Translations under genes and position numbers: made by a program
Notes under the pieces: generated by a model
Seen by the model: the letters and a program-made list of their open reading frames with translations, nothing else
Databases searched by the model: none
What the model was told of the DNA's origin: nothing
Shown here: piece after piece, positions 9,221 to 17,805 of the stretch
Numbering within the stretch: the stretch's first letter is position 1
How the letters are laid out: each line of letters starts with the position of its first letter
NCBI GenBank assembly: GCA_041497895.1
Contig: JBGQHJ010000079.1
Location: forward strand, 1 to 22,757
DNA length: 22,757 nucleotides
DNA from: Candidatus Methylomirabilia bacterium
GTDB lineage: Bacteria > Methylomirabilota > Methylomirabilia > Rokubacteriales > CSP1-6
Direction: 5' to 3'

Positions 9221-9912
9221 ACCTCGAGGTTCTCCTTTCGCACCGCCGCGTTCGCGGCCAGGGCCGCCGGGGTGCCCTCGAACACGATGCGGCCGTGCCC
9301 CATGACGTACACGCGGTGCGAGATCTTGAGGGCGATGGTGAGCTTCTGCTCGACGAGGAGAATCGAGACGCCGCGACGGGCGATCTCGTCGAGGAAGCGT
9401 CCCACCTGGGCCACCAGCATGGGGGCGAGGCCCTCGGTGGGCTCGTCGATGATCACGAGCTCGGGGTCGCCCATCAGGGTGCGACCCATGGTCAGCATCT
9501 GCTGCTCGCCCCCCGAGAGCACGCCCGCGATGTTGTGCTGGCGTTCGCGAAGGTGGGGGAAGAGGTCGAACATGTCGTCGAAGGACCAGCGACCGAAGCG
9601 CCCGGCCTGCTTGAGCCCGAGCTCGAGGTTCTGGCGCACGGTCAGGGTGGGGAAGACCTGGCGGTCCTCCGGCACGTACCCGATGCCGGCGTGGGCGATG
9701 ACGTCGGCGCGGCGGCCGGCCAGGCTCTGGCCCTTCCAGATCACCTCGCCCACCGGCTCCACCAGGCCCATGATCGCCTTGCACGTGGTCGAGCGGCCGA
9801 CCCCGTTGCGCCCGAGCAGGCTCACGATCTCGCCCCCGCGCACCTCGAGGTTCACGCCCTGGAGGATGTGGCTCTTGCCGTAGTAGGCGTGCAGGTCGCG
9901 CACCGACAGCAT
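9217..9912 (-). CDS. livF: Liv-type ABC transporter ATP-binding subunit (LivF-like)
   Basis: Walker A region GRNGVGRST, GYVPEDR, signature LSGGEQQM, IIDEPTEGLAP, LLVEQ. Confidence 0.93.
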   Translation of the reverse strand: MLSVRDLHAYYGKSHILQGVNLEVRGGEIVSLLGRNGVGRSTTCKAIMGLVEPVGEVIWKGQSLAGRRADVIAHAGIGYVPEDRQVFPTLTVRQNLELGLKQAGRFGRWSFDDMFDLFPHLRERQHNIAGVLSGGEQQMLTMGRTLMGDPELVIIDEPTEGLAPMLVAQVGRFLDEIARRGVSILLVEQKLTIALKISHRVYVMGHGRIVFEGTPAALAANAAVRKENLEV

Positions 9913-10676
9913 CAGGCGATCCCGGTCTCGACGGGCGCGCCGAGGTAGGCGTCCTGCACCGCGCGGCTGGCCCGGATCTCAGCGGGCGGCCCGGAGGCGA
10001 TGACCTGGCCGTAGACCAGCACCGTCACCACGTCGGCGAGGTCGAAGACCACGCTCATGTCGTGCTCGACCATGACCAGGGTCTTGCCCGCGGTGATGCG
10101 ACGGATGAGGGCCACCGCGTGGTCGGCCTCGCTCCGGCTCATGCCGGCGGTCGGCTCGTCGAGCAGGATGGTGTCCGCCCCACCCGCGATCGTGATGCCG
10201 ATCTCGAGCGCGCGCTGCTCGGCGTAGGAGAGGAGCCCGGCGGGAAGGTCGCGCCGCGCCTCGAGGTTGACGTCGGCGAGCAGCCGCTCGGCCGCCTCGT
10301 TGAGCGCGCGCTCGCGGGCCAGGAGGTGCCAGAAGGAGTAGCGGTAGCCGCGCGACCAGAGGAGCCCGCAGCGGACGTTCTCGAACACGCTCATGCGGGA
10401 GAAGATCGACGTGACCTGGAAGCTGCGCGAGAGGCCGCGCCGGGTGATCTCGTGCGGGGCCAGGCCGTCGATGCGGCGCCCGTGGAGCTCGATGTGACCG
10501 CTCGTGAGCGGAAAGCGCCCGCTGACCAGGTTGAAGAGGGTGGTCTTGCCCGCTCCGTTGGGCCCGATGATCGCGTGGCGCGAGCCGGCCGCCACGTCGA
10601 GGCTCACCCCCATGATGACCGCGGTGGGGCCGAAGCTCTTCTCCACGTCGGTGAGGCGGAGGGCGGGAGCGGTCAC
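9912..10676 (-). CDS. livG: Liv-type ABC transporter ATP-binding subunit (LivG-like)
   Basis: GPNGAGKTT, RSFQ, LSYAEQR, LLDEPTAG, VEHDM, VQDAYLG. GTG start at 10676 overlaps the upstream stop (GTGA). Confidence 0.93.
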   Translation of the reverse strand: MTAPALRLTDVEKSFGPTAVIMGVSLDVAAGSRHAIIGPNGAGKTTLFNLVSGRFPLTSGHIELHGRRIDGLAPHEITRRGLSRSFQVTSIFSRMSVFENVRCGLLWSRGYRYSFWHLLARERALNEAAERLLADVNLEARRDLPAGLLSYAEQRALEIGITIAGGADTILLDEPTAGMSRSEADHAVALIRRITAGKTLVMVEHDMSVVFDLADVVTVLVYGQVIASGPPAEIRASRAVQDAYLGAPVETGIA

Positions 10677-12004
10677 GCGCGGGTCCCCGCCGCCTTGATC
10701 TCGTCGGTGACCGCGTGCCAGGCCACCGCGAAGCGGGCGCCCGCGGCGCGCAGCCAGAGCCCGCCGCCGACCAGGAGCGTCGTCGCCACCGCCCACGGCA
10801 GGGGGGTGCGGGGCTCGATGGTGATCCGCGATAGGGTGAAGGTCTTGCCCTGCGAGGCCCCGATGGTGAGGAAGGAGCAGAGCTCGACGACGAGCACGAA
10901 ACCCACCGCCACCACCAGCCCGGGGAGGAGCAGCCGGAGGTAGGGCCCGGCGAGGCGCCCGAGCCGGCGGGCCCGCCAGATGGGCTGGTGCATCATCACG
11001 AGGCCGCCGATGCCGCCGGGGGCGAACGTGACCATGAGGATGAAGAGCACGCCCGCGTAGACGAGCCAGGAGTTGGAGAGCAGGCTCACCCAGCTCTGCA
11101 GCAGCACGATCAGCACCGCGCCGACCACCGGCCCCGCGAAGACGCCCACGCCGCCGATGTAGGTCATGAGCAGGGCGTTGGCGGACATGGACGCGGCGAC
11201 CGTGTCGTAGGTGACGATCTCGTAGGTGAGCGTGTACAGCGCGCCCGCGATGCCGGCGAAGAAGCCGGAGAGCGCGAACTGGAAGAAGCGGACGAGCCGC
11301 GGGTCGTAGCCCACGAACTGGGCGCGCTCGAAGTTGTCGCGGCAGGCGTTGGCCATCCGCCCGAGCGGGGTCCGGGTGAGGAGGAGCATCAGGACGATGG
11401 AGATCGCGGTCCACCCCACGATCAGGTAGTAGACCTGGATGGACCCGCCGTAGCCGAGCCCGAAGAGACTGTGACCGGTCATCCGGTTGGTGCTCACCCC
11501 GCCCTCGCCGCCGAAGAAGGTCTGGAACATGAGGGCGCAGGCGGTGATCAGCTCCCCGATGCCGAGCGTGATCATCGCGAAGGCGGTGGCGCGCTGCTTG
11601 GTCGCGAAGTAGCCGAGGACGATCGCGAAAAAGAGGCCGCCGAGCCCGCCGACGAGCGGGGTCACTTCGAGGGGCAGGGGGAGAGTGCCGGCCTTGGTGG
11701 CGGTGACCGCGTGCGCGGTGACGTAGCCGCCCAGCCCGAGCAGCACCGCGTGGCCGAAGGAGAGGAGCCCGGCCTGGCCCATCAGCATGTTGTAGCTGAG
11801 CGCGAAGATGACCATGATGCCGATCTGGCTCAGCATCGCGACGACGAAGCCGGAGTGCCGGCCGATGGTCCAGTCGAAGAAGAACCAGGGGACGACGAGG
11901 GCGAAGGCGAGCGTCGCGAGCCACGGCCACTGCCGCCGCAGGAGACCGCCGGTGCGGCCGGCCGCGAGGGGCGGGGCGGTGGTGCCGACGAGGCCCTCGC
12001 TCAT
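10673..12004 (-). CDS. livM: Liv-type ABC transporter permease (LivM-like)
   Basis: Starts MSEGLVGTTAPP. ALSYNMLMGQAGLLSFGHA, FAMITLGIGEL, multiple hydrophobic segments. ATGA overlap with the upstream gene. Confidence 0.9.
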   Translation of the reverse strand: MSEGLVGTTAPPLAAGRTGGLLRRQWPWLATLAFALVVPWFFFDWTIGRHSGFVVAMLSQIGIMVIFALSYNMLMGQAGLLSFGHAVLLGLGGYVTAHAVTATKAGTLPLPLEVTPLVGGLGGLFFAIVLGYFATKQRATAFAMITLGIGELITACALMFQTFFGGEGGVSTNRMTGHSLFGLGYGGSIQVYYLIVGWTAISIVLMLLLTRTPLGRMANACRDNFERAQFVGYDPRLVRFFQFALSGFFAGIAGALYTLTYEIVTYDTVAASMSANALLMTYIGGVGVFAGPVVGAVLIVLLQSWVSLLSNSWLVYAGVLFILMVTFAPGGIGGLVMMHQPIWRARRLGRLAGPYLRLLLPGLVVAVGFVLVVELCSFLTIGASQGKTFTLSRITIEPRTPLPWAVATTLLVGGGLWLRAAGARFAVAWHAVTDEIKAAGTRA

Positions 12005-12948
12005 GTGTCGCGGGTGCCCATGAGTCCGCGCGGCTTGATCAGCAGGACAAGGATCAGCATCAGGTACGGGAGGAGGGCGCCCACCCGTGGCAGGGGGATC
12101 GTGAGGATCTCGGCGAGCGGGGTCGTCGGGCCGACCGTGACGCCCACCCGGGCGAGGAGGTCGGCGAAGGAGACGTCGAGCACCACCGCGAAGGTCTGCA
12201 CCAGCCCCATGATCAGCGAGGCGATGAAGCAGCCGGCCAGGGAGCCCAGCCCCCCGAACACGACCACCACGAACACGATCGGGCCCATGGTGGCGGCCAT
12301 CGACGGCTCGGTCACCAGGTAGTTGCCGCCGATGACCCCGGCGAGGCCGGCCAGCGTCGAGCCGCCCGCGAAGACGATGGTGAACACCCGGGGCACGTTG
12401 TGGCCGAGCGCGCCGACCATCTCCGGGTGGGTCAGCGCGGCCTGGATGACGAGCCCGATCCGGGTGCGGGTGAGGAGCAGCCAGATCGCGAGGAACATCA
12501 GCACCGAGATCAGCAGCATGAAGGCACGATAGGCGTGGAAGTTCGAGCCGTAGACATGGAACAGGGCCCGGTCGAGCACCGGAGGGACCCGGTAGGGAAC
12601 GGGCAGGAGCCCCCACGCCATCTGCGTCACCTTCTCGATGATGAAGGCGAGGCCGACCGTGAACAGCAGCTCTGCGATGTGGCCGTTCCGGTGCACGCGG
12701 CGGAGCGCGTACATCTCGATGAGGGCGCCGAGCGCCCCGCACAGGGCCGGGGCCACCACCAGCGCGGGCCAGAAGCCGATGAGGCGACTCACCGAGTACG
12801 CGAAGTAGGCCCCCAGCATGTACATGCTGGCGTGGGCGAAGTTGAGGACGCCCATCATCGAGAAGATGAGGGTGAGCCCGCTCGCCAGCATGAAGAGGAG
12901 CATGCCGTAGACGAGGCCGTTGAGGAGCGAGACGAGCAGGACTTCCAT
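12001..12948 (-). CDS. livH: Liv-type ABC transporter permease (LivH-like)
   Basis: LLNGLVYGMLLFMLASGLTLIFSMMGVLNFAH, VVVFGGLGSL, KPRGLMG. Confidence 0.93.
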   Translation of the reverse strand: MEVLLVSLLNGLVYGMLLFMLASGLTLIFSMMGVLNFAHASMYMLGAYFAYSVSRLIGFWPALVVAPALCGALGALIEMYALRRVHRNGHIAELLFTVGLAFIIEKVTQMAWGLLPVPYRVPPVLDRALFHVYGSNFHAYRAFMLLISVLMFLAIWLLLTRTRIGLVIQAALTHPEMVGALGHNVPRVFTIVFAGGSTLAGLAGVIGGNYLVTEPSMAATMGPIVFVVVVFGGLGSLAGCFIASLIMGLVQTFAVVLDVSFADLLARVGVTVGPTTPLAEILTIPLPRVGALLPYLMLILVLLIKPRGLMGTRDT

Positions 12949-12971
12949 ATGAAAGAGCCGTCCCGCACCTG

Positions 12972-13049
12972 CCCCCTCGCCCCCTCACCCTGCCCTCTCC
13001 CCGGAGGGGAGAGGGTTGGGGGAGAGGGGAGAGGTCCGGGGTGAGGGGG
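12972..13049. repeat. Composite REP-like palindrome between the binding-protein gene and the first permease
   Basis: Inner perfect hairpin ccctctcccc-gga-ggggagaggg (12993-13015). Outer arms ccccctcaccc (12980-12990) and gggtgaggggg (13039-13049). Confidence 0.8.
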
Positions 13050-13064
13050 TGTTTTTCCCGGTCG

Positions 13065-14312
13065 CTACGACGTCGGCCGCTTCATGTTGCAGGTGTTGGG
13101 CTGGTCGAGGTCCTTGGGCAGGACGGTGGTCTCGGTCTTCCAGCCGAGCCCGGTCTTCTCGGAATCGTACTTCACGCCCTTGGTGAACACGCCCACGAAG
13201 TACTCGCTCAGGATCTGGTGATCGGGCTTCCGCATCGTGACCTGGTGGCCGAGCATGTCGGTGATGGTCAGGCCCTCGAGGGCCTGGGCGAACTTGAGCG
13301 GGTCGGCGGAGCCGGCCTTGTTCATGGCGGCCTGGAGGAACTCGAAGATGGTCCGGAAGCCGCCCGCGTAGAAGTCGAAGTCGTGCTGGGAGCGGAACTG
13401 CCTGGTCCAGCCCTCGGTGTCGGTCTTGCCGGTCTCCACCGCGATGTTCTCGTGGAAGGACATCACCGAGCGCACCTTGCCGTTGCCGGCGGGCCCGATC
13501 GCGGTGGCCCCGCCGCCCAGGTGCGCGTACATCGTGTAGTAGCGGATGTCGAGGCCGGTGTCCATGCCCGCCTTGATCAGCAGCGTCATGTCCGGGCCCC
13601 AGTTGCCGGTGATGAGGGCCTGGGCGCCGGAGGCCTTCACCTTGGTGATGTAGGGCGAGAAGTCCTTCACCTTGCCGAGCGGGATGAGCTCGTCGCCCAC
13701 GATCTTGACGTCCGGTCGGACCTTGCCCAGGAAGGTCTTGATGTCACGCTGCACGGACTGGCCGAACAGGTAGTCCTGGTTGAGCAGGTACACCTTGGTG
13801 ACGTCCTTGGGCAGGGCGCGCACCATGGTCTCCGCCTTCATGCCCACGTGCGCGTCCATGCGGAAGTGCCAGAAGCTGCACTTCTCGTTGGTCAGCTCGG
13901 TGGCCACCGCGCCGCAGTTGACGTAGACGATGCGATTGGTCGGGTTGCGCTCGTTGTGCTTGTCGACGCCCTCGATGAGGGCGGCCGCGATGTTGGAGCC
14001 CGAGCACTGCATGATGACCGGGATGTTCTGGTCGGTGGCGGACTTGAGCGCGAGCAGGGCCTCGGACGGCTGCGACTTGTTGTCGAACGAGACCAGCTCG
14101 AACTTCTTCCCGAGGGCCCCGCCCCGGCCGTTGATGTAGTCGATGATGTACTTGAACTGCTGGAGGTTCTGGTCGCCGACCTGGGCGAAGGGACCCGAGA
14201 GCGGGTCGGTGTACATGATCTTGATCGTGTCCTGGGCGTAGGCGGCCCCGGTGCTGAGCGTGAAGGCGAGGGCCAGGAGCGTGCAGCCGATTCGCTTGAT
14301 CCAGTGAAGCAT
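13065..14312 (-). CDS. ABC transporter substrate-binding protein, LivK/LivJ-like (type I periplasmic binding fold); ligand unknown
   Basis: Signal peptide ending AYA-Q, IKIMYTDPLSGPFA, INGRGGALG, DFSPYITKVKASGA. GAGGAGG RBS upstream. Confidence 0.92.
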   Translation of the reverse strand: MLHWIKRIGCTLLALAFTLSTGAAYAQDTIKIMYTDPLSGPFAQVGDQNLQQFKYIIDYINGRGGALGKKFELVSFDNKSQPSEALLALKSATDQNIPVIMQCSGSNIAAALIEGVDKHNERNPTNRIVYVNCGAVATELTNEKCSFWHFRMDAHVGMKAETMVRALPKDVTKVYLLNQDYLFGQSVQRDIKTFLGKVRPDVKIVGDELIPLGKVKDFSPYITKVKASGAQALITGNWGPDMTLLIKAGMDTGLDIRYYTMYAHLGGGATAIGPAGNGKVRSVMSFHENIAVETGKTDTEGWTRQFRSQHDFDFYAGGFRTIFEFLQAAMNKAGSADPLKFAQALEGLTITDMLGHQVTMRKPDHQILSEYFVGVFTKGVKYDSEKTGLGWKTETTVLPKDLDQPNTCNMKRPTS

Positions 14313-14367
14313 GGGGCCTCCTCTTTGAGTGGCGCGGCGCGCCTTCGACCGGTGTCTGGGCAGGGCG

Positions 14368-14397
14368 AGGGTATCCCGACTGTGCCGGGCAAGTCAA
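14368..14397 (-). promoter_or_regulatory. Putative sigma70 promoter TTGACT-N18-TACCCT for the ABC operon
   Basis: -35 at 14392-14397 and -10 at 14368-14373 on the minus strand, about 55 nt upstream of the SBP start. Confidence 0.5.
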
Positions 14398-14446
14398 AGG
14401 GGGCGGGGGCTCGCCCGCCGGTCGCGGAGAGGCTAGGATGGCGGGC

Positions 14447-15448
14447 ATGCTCAACGTGCTCGTGACCATGCGCTTCGACCAGAAACAGCTCGACCGGCTG
14501 CGGGCGGTCTCCCCCGAGATCTCGGTCTCGCAGGCCGATCCGGACGCCGCCGACTACTCGAGGACCCACGTCCTCTACGCGGGGGCGCCCCCGCGCGACC
14601 TCTCCCGCGCGCCCGCGCTGCGCTGGGTGCAGGTGCACATGGCGGGGGTGAACGCCCTCGTCGATCACCCGCTCTACACCGATACCACGCTGCCGCTCAC
14701 CACCACCAGCGGGGTGCACGCGGCGACCATCGCGGAGTACGCGGTGACGATGCTGCTGGCGCTGGCCCACCGGGTCCCGCGCATGGTCGAGTGGCAGGCC
14801 CGCGGCGCGTGGCCGCCGGACGAGCAGCGCTGGCCGCTCTTCGTGCCGTCGGAGGTGCGCGGCGCCACGCTCGGCATCATCGGCTACGGCAGCATCGGCC
14901 GCGAGCTGGCCCGCATCGCCAAGTCGGCCTTCGGCATGACCGTGCTCGCCGGCAAGCGCGATCCCGGGCGCCGGGCCGACGACGGCTACTGCCTGCCGGG
15001 CACCGGGGATCCCGAGGGCCGCCTGCCCGACGAGTGGCTGGGGCACGCCCAGCTCGACTCGCTGCTGGCCCGCTCGGACGTGGTCGTGCTGTGCGCGCCG
15101 CTGACCCCGGAGACCCGCGGGCTGATCGGGGACGCCGCGCTCGGGCGCATGAAGGCCTCCGCCTACTTCATCAACGTGGGGCGGGGCGCGAGCGTGGACG
15201 AGGCCGCGCTGGCCCGGGCGCTGCGCGAGCGGCGGATCGCGGGCGCCGCCGTCGACGTCTTCGCCCAGGAGCCGCCGCCCGCCGGGCACCCGCTCTACGG
15301 GCTCGACAACGTCATCCTCTCGCCCCACGTCTCCGGGTTCCTGCCGAGCTACGACGAGAAGTGCTCGGTGCTCTTCGCGGAGAACCTGCGCCGCCACCTG
15401 GCCGGCGAGGCGCTGCTGAACCTGGTGGACCGGGCTCGGGGCTACTAG
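14447..15448 (+). CDS. D-isomer-specific 2-hydroxyacid dehydrogenase family protein
   Basis: GIIGYGSIG Rossmann motif, PLTPETRGLI, INVGRG, DVFAQEP, SPHVSG. Start placed at ATG 14447, 7 nt after TAGGAT; ATG 14438 is the alternative. Confidence 0.93.
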   Translation: MLNVLVTMRFDQKQLDRLRAVSPEISVSQADPDAADYSRTHVLYAGAPPRDLSRAPALRWVQVHMAGVNALVDHPLYTDTTLPLTTTSGVHAATIAEYAVTMLLALAHRVPRMVEWQARGAWPPDEQRWPLFVPSEVRGATLGIIGYGSIGRELARIAKSAFGMTVLAGKRDPGRRADDGYCLPGTGDPEGRLPDEWLGHAQLDSLLARSDVVVLCAPLTPETRGLIGDAALGRMKASAYFINVGRGASVDEAALARALRERRIAGAAVDVFAQEPPPAGHPLYGLDNVILSPHVSGFLPSYDEKCSVLFAENLRRHLAGEALLNLVDRARGY

Positions 15449-15569
15449 ACGCCACCGAGCCTCCACCGCCCCCGGCGCCGTGTCGGGCCGCCGGGGGAGA
15501 AAGCGCGTCGCGTGGCGGAAGCGCTCACCGGTGACGTGGTCGGCGCATGATGAGCCTCTGCTATGCCCG

Positions 15570-16028
15570 CTAGGGCGCGGCCGCCGGGATGGGCAGGATG
15601 GTGGCGACCTTCCATCCATTGCCCGTCCTCACCAGGACCTGGTTCATGAGGAACCTCGTCTTCTGCGGCTCCTGACCGGCCGGCCCGATCGAAAACACGA
15701 TCGGGACGTGGATCTCGGCCACGCTCTCGGCCAAGTGCGTGATCCTCAGGTCGGCCAGCTCGGGTTCCAGGCGCCACGTGCCCTGATACAGGCTGTCGAA
15801 ACGCGTGAGGGCCGCGGGGCGACCCCAGATCGCGGTGCCCCGGGTGATCCAGAGGAACTGGGGCGAGTCCCAGAGCAGGTCGGCGACGAGGCGCACGTCG
15901 TGAGCGTTCTGGGCCGCCACGAAGCGCTCCAGCGCCGCGCGGATCTCGTCATCGGCTCCGGCCTCGGCGGACGTGACCGCCATCAGCAACAGCACGAGCC
16001 CCATCACGGCCGATCGCATTCCGGACAT
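15570..16028 (-). CDS. Probably secreted NTF2-like/SnoaL-like (DUF4440-type) protein
   Basis: MSGMRSAVMGLVLLLMAVTSAEA signal peptide, then EIRAALERFVAAQNAHD...WGRPAA...VLVRTGNGWKV. GGAGG RBS at 16035-16039. Confidence 0.8.
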   Translation of the reverse strand: MSGMRSAVMGLVLLLMAVTSAEAGADDEIRAALERFVAAQNAHDVRLVADLLWDSPQFLWITRGTAIWGRPAALTRFDSLYQGTWRLEPELADLRITHLAESVAEIHVPIVFSIGPAGQEPQKTRFLMNQVLVRTGNGWKVATILPIPAAAP

Positions 16029-16132
16029 TGAGATCCTCCCTGGGCGGCCGGGCCGCCGCGCCATCCGTCGCTGCGCTATACTGCGCACCGAGTCGGCCGC
16101 GCGCACGATCGCGACGCGTGACGGCTCAGTCC

Positions 16133-17791
16133 ATGCGCACTGTACCGACGCAGCCGTTTGCGGGGGCGTTAGCGCGACCGGGTGGGCCCATGCTCGGACT
16201 GCTGGGGCCGCCTGTGCTCGTCGGCCGCGATCGCGTGGAGCCTCTGAGGCTCCGACCCAAGGCGATCGCTCTGGTCGCGTATCTCGCGTTGGCCGACCGC
16301 GAGGTCGAGCGTCAAGAGGTCGCGCGGCTCCTCTTCCCGGAGGCCGAGGGCCCGCTCGCCGCGCTCCGCTGGCATCTGGCCCACGTCCGCTCGGCGGGGC
16401 CACCGCTCGTCGCCCGCGGTCTTCGAGCGACGCGGAGCACCCTCTCCCTCCGCGTGCCCACCGACGTCGCGTGGTTTCGCCGGGGCGCCGACGTGGTGGT
16501 ACGACGGCCGGGAGTCGCCGGCGCCGCCGGTGTCCTCGCGCTGTATCGCGGCGACCTGGTGGCGGGGCTCAGCGTGTCGACCACGGCCGAGTTCGACAAC
16601 TGGCTCTACGTGGAGCAGGAGGGTCTGCGGCGCCGCTTTCGACAAGCCGCAGTGGCCTTCGCGCGCTGGGCCCTCGCCTCGCGTCGAGCGCATGGTGCCG
16701 TCGCCTCGCTGGCGCGCCTGGTGACCGTCGATCCGTACTACGAGGAGGGTCATGTCCTCCTGATCGAGACCTACGAGGCGCTGGGCGAGGCCGGGCACGC
16801 CGCCTCCGCCTACGATCGCTACCAGCGGATCGTGCGCCGCGAGCTCGCGGCCGAGCCACAACCGGCGGTCGCGCGCCGGTTCGAGACCACGGTGGCGCGT
16901 CGCCCGACGCTGCCGCGCGAGGATCTCATCCCCCTCCGAGAGGTGACGCTGCACGTCGTGGACTGGTCTGGCGCCGGGCCGACGATCCTCGCCCTGCACG
17001 GCTCCGCCGGGATGGCGCACAGCTTCGGGGCCCTGGCCGAGCGGCTCACGCCCGGCCACCGCTTCGTCGGCGCGGATCTCCGCGGTCACGTCTTCAGTGA
17101 CAAGCCCCCGTCGGGGTACGACCTCGAGCGCCACGTGGACGACATCTCCGAGCTCGTCGCGGCGCTCCACCTGCGTCGGCCGGTGTTGCTCGGTCACTCG
17201 GCCGGGGGGGCGATCGCGACGTTCCTCGCCACGAGAATCGACGTCGCCGGCCTCATCCTGCTCGAAGCGATGATCGGTGACCGCGCCTTCGCGGAGAATG
17301 CCGCGGCGCAGGCCGCGCCGCTCGCGGGGAGCCTCGGCCAGCCGGTCGCCGCCTTCGACACCTATCTGGCGACGTGGCGCGCGCGCTGGGGCCCGCTCAC
17401 GGACGAAGCCGAGCGCCTGGCGGAGCGCTGGGCCCGCTTCGCGCTGGCCCCGTTACCGGACGGCCGCTATCGCGAGCGCGCGATACGCACCGCGGTGGAG
17501 GCCGAGTGGGCGTCGATCATCGCCGCCGACGGCCTCGCCGCGCTCGCGCGGGTGACCTGTCCGATACTCATCGTCCAGGCGCTCAGGCCGTGGATCGGTG
17601 GTCGACCCTACTTCACGGAGGCGATCGTGGAGGCCCAGCGGCGCGCCGCGAGAGCTGCCGAGGTGTTCGTCGCGCGGGAGGCCGACCACGCCACGCTGGT
17701 CCGCGATCCGGATCCCGGACTGATCGCGACGATCACGAGGTTCGTCGATGCATGCGGGCGGAAGCTCTCGGTTCGTCGCCCTCGGCGGTGA
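16133..17791 (+). CDS. SARP-like winged-helix/BTAD regulator fused to a C-terminal alpha/beta hydrolase
   Basis: LGLLGPP..RPKAIALVAYLAL..LLFPE, LYRGDLVAG..EFDNWL, DPYYEEGHVLLI, ELAAEP, then LALHG, DLRGH, GHSAGG, ADH. The start is uncertain (16133 or 16190). TATACT lies at 16077-16082. Confidence 0.87.
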   Translation: MRTVPTQPFAGALARPGGPMLGLLGPPVLVGRDRVEPLRLRPKAIALVAYLALADREVERQEVARLLFPEAEGPLAALRWHLAHVRSAGPPLVARGLRATRSTLSLRVPTDVAWFRRGADVVVRRPGVAGAAGVLALYRGDLVAGLSVSTTAEFDNWLYVEQEGLRRRFRQAAVAFARWALASRRAHGAVASLARLVTVDPYYEEGHVLLIETYEALGEAGHAASAYDRYQRIVRRELAAEPQPAVARRFETTVARRPTLPREDLIPLREVTLHVVDWSGAGPTILALHGSAGMAHSFGALAERLTPGHRFVGADLRGHVFSDKPPSGYDLERHVDDISELVAALHLRRPVLLGHSAGGAIATFLATRIDVAGLILLEAMIGDRAFAENAAAQAAPLAGSLGQPVAAFDTYLATWRARWGPLTDEAERLAERWARFALAPLPDGRYRERAIRTAVEAEWASIIAADGLAALARVTCPILIVQALRPWIGGRPYFTEAIVEAQRRAARAAEVFVAREADHATLVRDPDPGLIATITRFVDACGRKLSVRRPRR

Positions 17792-17805
17792 GGGCGAGGA
17801 GGTCG

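Noticed and set aside
15449..15569. GC hairpins between the convergent dehydrogenase and NTF2-like genes, as a possible sRNA or tRNA remnant
   Set aside because: There is no cloverleaf or T-loop motif. At most this is a terminator-like stem.
17077..17110. DLRGHVFSDKP instead of the usual GHGxS in the hydrolase domain, as a sign of pseudogenisation
   Set aside because: It is a single substitution with the frame and nucleophile motif intact, which is not enough evidence.
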